DNA from: Histomonas meleagridis 2922-C6/04-290x
Lineage: Eukaryota > Protista > Parabasalia
Direction: 5' to 3'
NCBI GenBank assembly: GCA_020184695.1
Contig: JAANOX010000161.1
Location: 1 to 64,000 of the forward strand
DNA length: 64,000 nt
Of the stretch, positions 10,974 to 21,320 are shown piece after piece (position 1 is the first letter of the stretch; each line of letters begins with the position of its first letter). Made by a program: the position numbers and the translations under genes. Under the pieces are notes generated by a model that saw nothing but the letters and a program-made list of their open reading frames with translations, ran no database searches and was not told the origin of the DNA.

Positions 10974-12951
10974 CTAATTTATGATGCATTTTTGAAACGT
11001 TTTCGTGCAATAGAGGTTCATGAGTTTGTTGATGTTTTCATATCGAGTTGAATATGAATATGCTGTTTTAAACAATTAAAATAATTTCCAAATATTATTT
11101 TGAAATCCAAATTTATTCAAATAAATTATGAATAAAATGAATAAATATCTTTAGCATTAATATCAATTCCTTTTTGTTCAAGAAGTAATTTAACTATTTC
11201 CTGATGACCATAATAAGCAGCTAATATAAGTGATGTATTAAATAAATTAAAGAATTTCCAAATATTATTATGAAAAATTATACGATTAAAATAAATTTCA
11301 GATTAAACAAATGAATATCTTTAGCATTTATCTCAATTCCATCTTGTTCAAGAAGTAATTTAACTACTTCAGTGCACCCATTTCCAGATGCTAACATAAG
11401 TGCTGTTTCATATAATTTAAACAATCTCCAAATGTTATTTTGGAATTTTATTGATTTAAAATAGATATTAAACAAAACAAATAAATATTTTTAGCATTTA
11501 TATCAATTTCTTTTTGTTCAAGAAGTTTTTTAACGATTTCAGAGTGATCAGCATAAGATGCTAAAATAAATGCATTTTCAACTAATTTAAACAATTTCCA
11601 AATATTATTTTTAAATAGTAAATTATTAATACAAAGATTAAATAAAATTTAGAGATATTTTTAGCATTGATATCAATTTCGTTTTGCTTAAGAAGTAATT
11701 TAACTGTTTCTAACTGACCTTTAAAAGATGCAGACATTAACACAGTTTCAAATAAATTAAAAAATTTCCAAATATTGTTTTGAAATACTAAATTATTAAT
11801 ATAAATATCAAATAAATTATATAAATGTTTTTGATATTAATATCAATGCTTTTTTGTTTAAGAAGCAATTTAACTATTTTTATTTTACCTATCATTGATG
11901 CTGAAATTAGTGCTGTATTAAATGATTTAAAAAAATTCCAAATATTATTTTGAAATAAGAAGCAAAAAATTTAAATATTTTATAAAATAAAAAAACACAT
12001 TTAGCATTAACATCAATTCTTTTATCCTTAAGAAGTAATTTGAATATCTTTACATAACCATTTTCAACTGCAGTTATAAGCGCAGTATTAAATAAATTGA
12101 AAGGTTTTCATATATAATTATAAAATATTAAATTATCATAAAAAATATCAAATAAAACAAAAAAATATCTTTAGCATTAATATCAATTCTTTTTCGTTTA
12201 AGAAGTAATTTAACTATTTCTATATCATTATTTTCAGTTGCATAAATAAGTATTGTTTTAAACATATTATATAAAATCCAAATGTTCGATTAAAAATTTC
12301 AATCATTAAAACAAACATCTAACAAAACAAAAGAATACATTTAATATTCACATCTAAAGCTTTTTGATGAACAAGGTATTTAAAAACTTCGAAATGATTA
12401 TTTTGATATGCTAATAACAAAGATGTTTTAAAATTATTAATAAAAATCCAAAAACAGATTTAAAATATTAAATAATTTATATGAATATTTATTGAGTTTA
12501 AATCAATTCCATGTTCAACAAGTAAACGAACAATATCAACATTAATTAGATATCCGTTTTCACATACTTCTGAAAGAATAGTATTAAATAAATTCAAAAA
12601 ATTCCAATAATTTTATAATAACATTTTTCAATCAAAACAAAAAACATTTTTTATGTTTATATCAATATCTTTTTGTTCAAGTAATAACTGAGCAATATCA
12701 ACATGATTATTTAAACAAGCAAAACAAAGAGGCGTATAATATTCAAAAAATCAACTCCAAATTTCTGAAATATTTTAAAAGAATATTTATTGAGTTTATA
12801 TCAATACCCATTTCAACAAACAATTTCGCAATATCAAAATAACCTCTTGAACATACAATTGTAAAAGCTGTTTGAAATAATATTTACATACTCCAAATAA
12901 AATTTTATAACATCAAATTGATATAACAATAACTAAAAAACAAAAACAAGT
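10974..12951 (-). repeat. Ankyrin unit/spacer array A, period mostly 170 nt (90 coding + 80 spacer)
   Basis: Units start at 12871, 12735, 12582, 12426, 12256, 12086, 11916, 11746, 11576, 11406, 11236, 11066. Spacers are 80, 49, 63, 60, then eight of 80 nt. Confidence 0.92.
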
Positions 12952-14199
12952 GTCTATATAGTTAATATCGATACCATTTTGTTCAATAATATATCTCACA
13001 AGTTCATAATTTCCAGAATACGATGAATCAATCAAAAGATTGATTGGAATATTCTTTTTTGTAAGAAAATATTTAACAAGATATAAATTTCCAATTTTTG
13101 CTGAAGTATTTATAAAATCTATATCAATTTTCATCCCTTCATCAATTAAAAATGACAAAATTTCATAATTATAATATAAAATGCATATCATTCCTAATTC
13201 TTCTAAACTAATATCTTCAATTTTATTTTCATAAAGATAATGAAAAATTTCATTTCGATGAAATATAATTGATGTTTTATATGAATTTTTAAATGATGAA
13301 TGTTTTTGTTCACATAAATGAATGATTTCTTCATTTCCACCTGCAATTGCATATATACATGTATTTCTTACATTTGCACCATTTAACATTAAATATTTAA
13401 AACATTTAATAGATCCAAAAAATGCTGCATAATCAATTAATGAAACATTACGTTTATTAATAAATGAACATCTTTCATAAAGTGATGGTTTAATAAATTG
13501 ATTAAAATCAAAATTATTTTGTGATGAAATATCTTGAAGTTTTTCAATTTCATCATTTCGAATGATTTTTAAAATTTCACTTGGATTAACTCCTTCTTTG
13601 ATTAATTTTTTATGAAGCTCCCAATCATTCTTTTTAAGGGTTTCAATAGTTTTAAAAAAATTATCATTAAATTCATTCGATTTAATTTTATTAAATTCTT
13701 CATTTGACAAATAATGAGCAAAATATGAAACTTTATTCTGGTACATATCAGAATCATAAAATCCTTCCCTTGAAAAATGATATTTTATAATACTTTTATC
13801 AATAACATTTTGTTCAATTAGCATTTCTAGAAGATAACTCGATTCATGTGAGCTGATATCATAAAGAATTTTAGTAAATATTTCAAATATATCATCATCA
13901 CATGAATATTTACTAATAATAATATTAGTATTTTCTTTAGATTTAATAATTTGAAGATATTGAATGATAAGATCAACACTAATAGATTTTCTTAAAAAAA
14001 ATGAATAAATTAATTGACAAATTATTACATTAAAAGAATATGTTATTTTTGGATCATATTTTTGTATTAATGATTCAACAATTTCTATGATGTTATCAGA
14101 ATTTAAACTATAAATGAGTTGTTCTATTTCCAATAAGTAAAACATTTCTGATACTTTTTGTTTTTTATTTTTCCTTTTTTTTGTTTCATCCATTAGCAT
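10974..14199 (-). CDS. DUF3447-ankyrin repeat gene (locus A), interrupted by 12 non-canonical spacers; at least 777 aa if spacers are removed
   Basis: ORF 14199-12952 encodes a DUF3447-type head (SLIDYAAFFGSIKCFKYL...YAIAGGNEEIIHLCEQ). It is followed by 11 stop-free ankyrin units and a terminal unit TAYSYSTRYENINKLMNLYCTKTFQKCIIN ending in TAG at 10976-10974. Confidence 0.7.
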
Positions 14200-14207
14200 A
14201 AACGGTC
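14200..14207 (-). promoter_or_regulatory. M3 (Myb-recognition-like) core promoter element GACCGTTT
   Basis: Matches the T. vaginalis M3 consensus DRCSGTTD and lies immediately upstream of the locus A gene. Because it abuts ATG 14199, the ATG at 14193 may be the real start. Confidence 0.55.
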
Positions 14208-14658
14208 GACATAATGGGTGAGAAACTTTTTCTGATGTTTACTCTCAATGAATTGTTGCATAATTCGTGTGGAGTTTCAATATATTTATGAATTAATCCA
14301 CAAAATTAATATCGTCTGCATTTATATAACTTAATGATGTTCCTACAACTACATTTTCTTATTTTGCTTTGTTGATCAGCAATACTAAAAATCACATGAA
14401 CAATTGTGGTATTATATATTAATATTTGAAACAGATACTTTTAGCATTAAAAAATATTTAAATTAGCATCACAATTATTATAAGAGTTTTGCAAAACCAA
14501 TATTTTAAGAAACCGTTAAAATCAATTCAACCGTTTATCGTTTTGTCGTAACCGTTTGCAACTTTTCCGTAACCTTCTGAAAATGCAGAAAATCTAAATT
14601 GATGAAGAGAATCAACAAATCAAAAAAAATAATTTGTAATATTAAGGCTTTACCAATC

Positions 14659-15189
14659 TCACTCATCTTCATCTTCCATCTCAGCAACTTCTTGCATATA
14701 TTCTTCAACTTTTGCCTTGAAACCTGGAAGGTTAGTCAACATTTGTTGTGCAGCTGGAATGTTAAGAGGATCGTTTGGATTTGGTTGAATGAAAAGGAAC
14801 ACCAAACCATCAACGATAATACGAAGTGGGTTTGCTGGACGATATTCTTTACGAAGAACACTCAAACAAATTTCACCTCCATCCTTGGGTTCCATGATGT
14901 TTGGATGCCAAATCTTTGTTAAAATACGTACAATAGGCTTTTCAGCTCTGAAGCCAGGTGGAATCTTAAAGTCGAATTTGAAGTGACCACCCTTGTAAAT
15001 ACCTGATGTGATACCGATATCAATGATGAAATGAGTGATATCAGAAGGATCTGGAAATGTCATTTTAAGATTTTGAACCTTTTCCATTTCTCTGATATCT
15101 TGTAAATCCTTCTGAAGTGTAAGGAGATAGCCTTCTGAACGTGTGCCAGTTAAGTCTGGTTCACCACCTTTCTTTGGTCTTCTTGCCAT
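14659..15189 (-). CDS. UBC12: NEDD8-conjugating E2 (Ubc12/UBE2M-like)
   Basis: UBC fold with WHPNI...GEICLSVL catalytic Cys, basic N-terminal extension, LFIQPNPNDPLN. Confidence 0.85.
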   Translation of the reverse strand: MARRPKKGGEPDLTGTRSEGYLLTLQKDLQDIREMEKVQNLKMTFPDPSDITHFIIDIGITSGIYKGGHFKFDFKIPPGFRAEKPIVRILTKIWHPNIMEPKDGGEICLSVLRKEYRPANPLRIIVDGLVFLFIQPNPNDPLNIPAAQQMLTNLPGFKAKVEEYMQEVAEMEDEDE

Positions 15190-15344
15190 TTAGAATTCTG
15201 CCACTTTTAAGGGGCCAACTTCACTGAACCACTTTTTGAAACAAACTTGATCATTTGAATAGGGAATTGAATACATTCCAATCAAAATTAAAAAAAAACC
15301 GATATAATTCATTGAATCCAAAATAAAGAAAAAAAAAATTAATT

Positions 15345-16061
15345 TTACTCTGGTTCTGGAACTGGTGCAGGTGTTGGAGTTGGTTTCACAGATGGTGATG
15401 AACGACATCGAGGTTTGAGATCAAATCCGCCACAGCCAAGAACTAATACTAAATATAAAACAACAAGCGCAAGAACACCAACAAGAAGCCACCACTTAAA
15501 GCGATTCCACCAAAAGTACTTCTTCAGTTTGGTTGATTGTGTATTGAATTCTTTTGACTTATTTTCTACAATTTGTGCATCTTCATCTAATTCTTCAATA
15601 ACTTCGCCGCGAAGAATAGCTTCTTTAAAGTTATCTTTCATTTTAACAACTGTGTCGTCGAGATCAGACTTGATTTGTGATATTTTAGCTCTCGTTCCTC
15701 TTTCAATTTGCCGCTGAATTTCTTCAAAGTATGGCTTAAATGCATCTTGGAATTCTAAGTGCTCAGCTGTTTTCCATTGTGCAGCATATTGTGATAAAAA
15801 TTTTCCATGTATTGATTTAAGAAAATCACCCATAATTTTTTCATTCATTTGCCCACCAGTTGTTACAAGCATAACATTGAAATCGCTGTCGTCGTGAAGT
15901 ATACCGATCAATGAATTATTAGCTTGACGGAATAATAATGGAGTTTTTATTCCATTGTTATAAATGTTAAGATAAAGCTGATCGTAGTTCCCCATCACTG
16001 GGGTATGAACAGCTAATGCTTTTTTCCCGTTGTAAACAGCAATGAATACGCAGTTCGTCAT
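15345..16061 (-). CDS. Longin R-SNARE (VAMP7-like)
   Basis: Longin-like N-terminus, SNARE motif AILRGE, TM helix, CGGF..PRC. Likely ATG at 16061. Confidence 0.85.
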   Translation of the reverse strand: MTNCVFIAVYNGKKALAVHTPVMGNYDQLYLNIYNNGIKTPLLFRQANNSLIGILHDDSDFNVMLVTTGGQMNEKIMGDFLKSIHGKFLSQYAAQWKTAEHLEFQDAFKPYFEEIQRQIERGTRAKISQIKSDLDDTVVKMKDNFKEAILRGEVIEELDEDAQIVENKSKEFNTQSTKLKKYFWWNRFKWWLLVGVLALVVLYLVLVLGCGGFDLKPRCRSSPSVKPTPTPAPVPEPE

Positions 16062-16409
16062 CGTTTTTCTGAAAAAGTGACGCAAATTTTCTACAAAAGT
16101 GTCAACTATAATAGTCAAAAAAAATTGTTTTGCACAAAAAAAATAAAGCACCAAAGCAGCTTAATGTTGCACTTAGTGCGGTTAAGATGTGCACATTTAT
16201 TGTCAAAAGATTGGAATCGAAATAATATTAATTTAGAGTTTAAAACAATAATTAATGATTAAATTATTTCAACTTCAAAATCTGTTGCAATTTTTTGTTT
16301 TTTTCCAATATGCTGGTGTTTTTTGCGTATTTATATTTTTTTTACAAAGTAATGACAATTTCAAAAAAATAACAAAATTAAAAAAAATAGCAATTTTAAA
16401 TACAAATTA

Positions 16410-16877
16410 TCATATTTCGATTGGAACCTGAGGAAGAAATGCAACGTGGAGGAATTCGAATTCTATCCTTAATCTTCCTGTTGTTTCTTCTACGTATCCA
16501 TTTTGTTTAATGAGATCATTCCAAGAAATTGGAAATTCGATATAGCTCCTGAGCGCTTGAGGTGTAAAAATCACTTTTTTTGTTTGTTTTAAGTTCAATT
16601 TTGGATCGTCACTATTTATCAAGTTCATTGTTAAGATCATTGGATAATCTTTTGAAATCTTAGAAAACATCACAACTACATTTACATTTAATTCATTTCG
16701 GCTAAATGGGTTTAAAAAAGAAAAATAGAAATAAAAATCTTTTGATAAAGAAAAATTTTGTGAACATGCAGAATAATTTTGGCTAGGGAAATTATCTATT
16801 ACCCAAACTCCTTTGGCAGACCAATATTCATTCTCTGTATTTTCATTAAGTGAATAAGATGTTTCTTTTGTTGACAT
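16410..16877 (-). CDS. MATH/TRAF-like domain protein
   Basis: GVWVIDNF, SQNFSL, ISWNDLI..NGYV, LRIEFEF pattern. Confidence 0.55.
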   Translation of the reverse strand: MSTKETSYSLNENTENEYWSAKGVWVIDNFPSQNYSACSQNFSLSKDFYFYFSFLNPFSRNELNVNVVVMFSKISKDYPMILTMNLINSDDPKLNLKQTKKVIFTPQALRSYIEFPISWNDLIKQNGYVEETTGRLRIEFEFLHVAFLPQVPIEI

Positions 16878-16907
16878 GGATATTAAACGGTCGTTATAAT
16901 GTAACGA
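16878..16907. promoter_or_regulatory. 30-bp bidirectional promoter with M3-like element
   Basis: Divergent ATGs at 16877 and 16908. AAACGGTC at 16885-16892 is GACCGTTT on the minus strand. Confidence 0.55.
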
Positions 16908-18134
16908 ATGGAAAATTACAAAGTTATTAAAGATATCGGAAAAGGGAGTTATGGTTCTGTTGTTTTAGCAAATGACAAAAGAGATGGCAAGTATGTTGTT
17001 ATCAAGACAATTCGTACCAAAGATGCAAAAACTCGTGCAAGTGCAGAAAATGAAGCAGAATATCTCAAAAAACTCCAACATCCTAATGTTATTGAGTATC
17101 TCGATTCATTTCAAAAGAATGATCATGAATTTTGTATTGTTTTAGAGTATGCAGATGCTAGTGATTTATCACATTATGTTGATACAAATAAACTTACGGA
17201 AGCAAAAATACTTCAAATTTTTTCACAACTTATATTTGGTTTGGAATACATTCACTCACAAAATATTCTTCATCGAGATATCAAGATTGCTAATATTTTT
17301 CTTTTTAAGAACGGCTTTGTTAAAATCGGTGATTTTGGCATTTCTCGTGAAATAGGTAAAACAGATCTTGCCAAAACAATAATAGGGACACCATATTTTA
17401 TGGCGCCTGAAATAATCAAAGGGAAACCATATGGATATCCGGCAGATGTCTGGGCTGCTGGGTGTGTACTTTTTGAGCTTATGACTGGTAAACATGCCTT
17501 TACCGGAAAATCCCGGGAAGACCTCTTCAATAACATTCAATATCAATCACTTCCACGAAAATCATTTTCTAAGTATTCTAAACAACTCACAGATATTCTT
17601 CTCAAGACCTTAAACAAGAATCCTATTCTTAGACCGACATGTCGTCAAATTCTTCAATATCCAATCATTCAAAATGCTCTCAAAAAATTCCAACAAAAAG
17701 TTTCAGGAACAGATTCACAACAAAGCACACAAGCGTCTAAGCAATCAACTAATAGTGAGATAGAGCAACAAGATGTCCCTTCGTGGATAAGAGACAATCC
17801 GAACATCGCAAACGATTTGATGCGACAAAGCTTCAGAAAAATTAACAACGACGGTTTACGGTTTGCCGAGATTGTAAAGTCGTCTCTTTCCAAATTGCCT
17901 CCTCAGCAACTTGTTCCAACAATACAAATGAATATTGCAGCAAGAAAAAAGAAGTTGGAGGATGAATGTAAAGAGAAATTGGGAGAGGATAAATTTAGAA
18001 TTGTTTATGATTTTATAAGAGAAAATTGGACAAAAAACAGAGATAAAATACCAGGATTGATTGGAATTAATTATTTTCCAGAGAATGAAGTGAAAATGAT
18101 TGATATGATAATGATGATTGAGAGATTTCATTAA
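16908..18134 (+). CDS. NEK/NIMA-family Ser/Thr kinase
   Basis: GKGSYG, VIK, HRDIKIANIFL, DFGISR, IGTPYFMAPE, plus C-terminal extension. Confidence 0.92.
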   Translation: MENYKVIKDIGKGSYGSVVLANDKRDGKYVVIKTIRTKDAKTRASAENEAEYLKKLQHPNVIEYLDSFQKNDHEFCIVLEYADASDLSHYVDTNKLTEAKILQIFSQLIFGLEYIHSQNILHRDIKIANIFLFKNGFVKIGDFGISREIGKTDLAKTIIGTPYFMAPEIIKGKPYGYPADVWAAGCVLFELMTGKHAFTGKSREDLFNNIQYQSLPRKSFSKYSKQLTDILLKTLNKNPILRPTCRQILQYPIIQNALKKFQQKVSGTDSQQSTQASKQSTNSEIEQQDVPSWIRDNPNIANDLMRQSFRKINNDGLRFAEIVKSSLSKLPPQQLVPTIQMNIAARKKKLEDECKEKLGEDKFRIVYDFIRENWTKNRDKIPGLIGINYFPENEVKMIDMIMMIERFH

Positions 18135-18307
18135 TAGTAAATATTTATTTTCTTTAAAAGCTTATATAAATTGTTATTTTTGGTTAATTGTCATTAAGAT
18201 TAAATGCAAATTGTAGTTGTGGAAAATATTTCATTTTCTCAAAAATTTATCGGCTGTGAAAAAATTGGCATGTGCTGTTAATTGTGGAGCTAAACGTTAA
18301 AACTTTA

Positions 18308-18556
18308 ATGGGTTGTTTTTGCTCATGTTTTAGACAGGCAGATGAACCCAAAGTTGAACAAGCAAAAGAAATTGACATTGGTGAGTTTGTTAATAAAGAT
18401 GAACCAGTAAGAGATACTTCAACATTATTACAACAGAACGAAGTTAAAGCAATAGCTATTGATGACTCTAGCTCTTCGTCATCAGTCAATCAGGAAATGA
18501 TACAAAAACTTCTGGATGAAATAGACGATTTCTCAGATAATGCGGATAAATCATAA
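18308..18556 (+). CDS. Small acidic protein with predicted N-myristoylation/palmitoylation
   Basis: ATG at 18308 gives MGCFCSCF; acidic Ser-rich tail. Confidence 0.55.
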   Translation: MGCFCSCFRQADEPKVEQAKEIDIGEFVNKDEPVRDTSTLLQQNEVKAIAIDDSSSSSSVNQEMIQKLLDEIDDFSDNADKS

Positions 18557-18916
18557 ATATTTTATTAACCCACAGAACATACTTCTAGAAAAATAAATGT
18601 TTTATTTTGTTTGCTATGACTTATATTTTTAATTAGGGGAAAAAAATGCATAGTGGCTCAATCCTGAAGAAGGGAAGCAATATTTTGCTCACTGCCAGAA
18701 CCCACGCATAGCAGGTGTTTTACAACCACAAATCCTCTTTTCCAAGTACAAGCATTATCTTTTTTGGTGAATCATTTTTAGAAAAACTGTAAAAACTTGA
18801 CAAAATAAGATATTTCTCTGTTGTATAATAAATGCACTATTATAATATTCTAATTAAAATTTTGTAGTGATACCTGGTGTCCAATTGGTGGTAAAAGCGA
18901 CCGTTAAAATCAATAA

Positions 18917-19558
18917 ATTGAAGATAAGGAAGAAGAAATCAATAAATTAGAAGAAGAAATACAACAACTTCAACAAGATATAACAAACAAAGATAATGAA
19001 ATTGACAAATTAAAAGAAGAAATTAAGAATGAAATCACTAATAAAGATGAAGCATCCAAGAAATTATATGAAGAAATTGAACAACTTAAACAAGAAAATG
19101 AGGGACTTCAACAAGAAATAACAACAAAAGAAGAAGAAATTCACAAAATAAATGAAGAAAAGATCAATGAAATTAAAGGAAAAGAAGAAGAAATACAACG
19201 ACTTCAACAAGAAATAACAAATAAAGAAAATGAAATCACTAATAAAGATGAAACATCCAAGAAATTATTTGAAGAAATCGAACAACTTAAACATGAAAAT
19301 GAGGAACTTCAACAAGAAATAAATACAAAAGAAGAAGAAATTAACAAAGTAAATGGAGAAATAGAACAACATAAACAAGAAATAACAAATAAAGAAGAAG
19401 AGATTCATAAATTAAAAGAAGAAATTAATAACGAAATCTCGAATAAAGAAGAAGAAATAAGCAAATTAAACAAAGAAATAGTAAAATATACTAAATTCCT
19501 AAACTCGGCAATGAATGAAATAAAAAATACGTATGTTTTGTATTTTGAATCATATTAA
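18917..19558 (+). pseudogene. Start-less coiled-coil (E/K-rich) reading frame fragment with a 67-aa internal repeat
   Basis: 213 open codons after TAA at 18914, with no ATG until about 19511. Repeat at 19028 and 19229 (201-nt period). The 3' end is supplied by an inverted duplicate. Confidence 0.6.
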
Positions 19559-19723
19559 GATTATGGGCTCATTTTTTTTGAATTGAAAAAAGAAAAAGAA
19601 TTTAAATGTAATTAGATTGATTTTTAATAATGATGTTTCAATTAATAATCAAGATGTCTTAGCAGCTGCTATATCACTTAGGCTAAATGTGTTTTGAATT
19701 GCACCATCAGCCATTTTGTATAA
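19522..19723 (-). repeat. Inverted near-identical copy of 8030-8230 (3' end and downstream flank of the giant vWA gene)
   Basis: Reverse complement reads TATACAAAATGGCTGATGGTGCAATTCAAAACACATTTAGCCTAAGTGATATAGCAGCTGCTAAGACATCTTGA...CATACGTATTTTTT. Confidence 0.9.
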
Positions 19724-20012
19724 ATTGGATATAAATTCTTTAATAGATGAAGTAGTTAATACAAAGTATTAACATGAAAACAATAATAATTTGGATAGAA
19801 ATTCTCCTTTAATGATGAAAGCAAAAATGAGTTATATGCTTGATTGTTGACCTATAACTTCACGAGTAAATATTTTAGATGATAAATGTTTTTGTATCAA
19901 AAGTGACTAATCAACTTCCACTTTTTGATAATGATTTGATCGTATTTGTCATTCATTTTCAGGGTTTAAACCGTTTACAACATGGACTTTTTGAATAAAG
20001 AAATATACTTAA

Positions 20013-20603
20013 ACGGAAACTGAAAAATACATCGAAGTTGTTTTGTTTGGCAGTGGAAATACTGGAAAATTATCAGTAATGGAAGTGTTTCATGGTGGAA
20101 GTTTTTCTGAAGTTTATAACCCTACCATTACGGAAACAATCAGATATAAAATTAAAATTGATGATGATGAAATAACATTTAATGTTACAACATTCGCTGG
20201 ACAAACTGACTATATAAAAATGTGGCCTGATTATGTACGATTTGGAGATGGTTTTATACTAATGTATTCAATCATTGATAAAACTACTTTTGACGAACTC
20301 GAAATGTTTCACAAAGTAATAAAAGATGGAAAAGGAACTGGTTATATACCAATTGTAGTTTGTGGTAATAAATGCGATTGTTCAAACCGAAAAGTAAGTA
20401 AAGAACAAGGAGAAGAATATGCGAAGAGTATTGGAGCGCCATTCTTTGAAACGTCAGCAAAAGAATACATAAATATTGAAGAAATGTTTTCGACCATTGT
20501 TCGACTGATCATTGACAATAAAAAAGACATTAATGCCCCTAAAAAATCGGATCATCATAACAAGGAACTTGATCACCACAAAAATAATTGTATTTTTGCT
20601 TAA
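20013..20603 (+). CDS. Divergent Ras-family GTPase, no ATG at the N-terminus (in-frame ACG at 20013); possibly a pseudogene
   Basis: GSGNTGK, YNPTI, FAGQ, NKCD, ETSAK, CaaX CIFA. In-frame TAA at 20010. Confidence 0.7.
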   Translation, partial: TETEKYIEVVLFGSGNTGKLSVMEVFHGGSFSEVYNPTITETIRYKIKIDDDEITFNVTTFAGQTDYIKMWPDYVRFGDGFILMYSIIDKTTFDELEMFHKVIKDGKGTGYIPIVVCGNKCDCSNRKVSKEQGEEYAKSIGAPFFETSAKEYINIEEMFSTIVRLIIDNKKDINAPKKSDHHNKELDHHKNNCIFA

Positions 20604-21061
20604 TTTTAATAAAATAAAATCAAAAATAATTTTAATAATGCATCAATATGTATCATTTATTTACAAAGAAATGTTGTTATTTTGTATGGTACTGAAACTT
20701 GGGAAAATAATCAACAATACAAACGTTTAAAGATAAAACTTTTTATGGGAGGTTGTGAATCACCAAATGAATTTACGGAAAAATTAATTTTGTATATTGG
20801 CAATAATGAAAATAGTGACTTGAAATTTATGGATAAAAAAATTGTTTGTTTCATGAAATGTGAAACTTTGTCTGTGAGAGCTGAGTCATTGAGGAAATGA
20901 ATGGTGTAGATATAAATATATATTCAAAATTATTGGTTAATGAATTCTAAAAGCACTGAAAGTAATGTGTTTTTTACAAGGCAAATTTATTATTGAATAA
21001 TTTTTACCAAGATAAACTTGAAGACATGAAAGGTAACTTACATTCAGTATAAGTGCATATA

Positions 21062-21210
21062 TATAATGGTAATATAGAAATAGTGAGATTATACTTTGAA
21101 CAGAAAGGAATTGATATTAATGTTAATATTTATCTTAATAATTTTCAAATTCAAAATAATATTTGAAAATTATTTAAATTATTTAAAACAGCACTTATGT
21201 TGGCATTCAC
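21062..21210 (+). pseudogene. Solitary ankyrin unit/spacer fragment (locus F)
   Basis: YNGNIEIVRLYFEQKGIDIN, then a spacer with TGA 21 nt before ACA GCA CTT ATG at 21188. Confidence 0.75.
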
Positions 21211-21320
21211 ACCTGAGCCCCTTTCTAAAGGACAAGTCAGATGACAATTTTTTATTGATGTCTTCATATTCTTTATTCTATTATTAATTTTATTTATTTG
21301 CATAAAGTCAAAATATTTAA

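Noticed and set aside
11067-12951. Spacers as canonical spliceosomal introns ending at the CAG in ACA-GCA
   Set aside because: AG is absent in many units (ACG CCT, ACT ATT, ACA TCT, ACA ATA, ACT GCG, ACT GTG, AAT GCA, AAA GCA). Most spacers start with AT, not GT, and there is no ACTAAC branch or GTATGT donor. AT-AC boundaries do not restore the frame consistently.
10974-12951. Stop-codon reassignment or simple +/-1 frameshifting as the explanation
   Set aside because: Spacer lengths fall in all three frames, and other genes terminate normally at TAA, TAG and TGA.
11067-12951. Homopolymer sequencing error as the cause of broken ankyrin ORFs
   Set aside because: It cannot create 49-83-nt homologous inserts at one fixed codon position across six loci.
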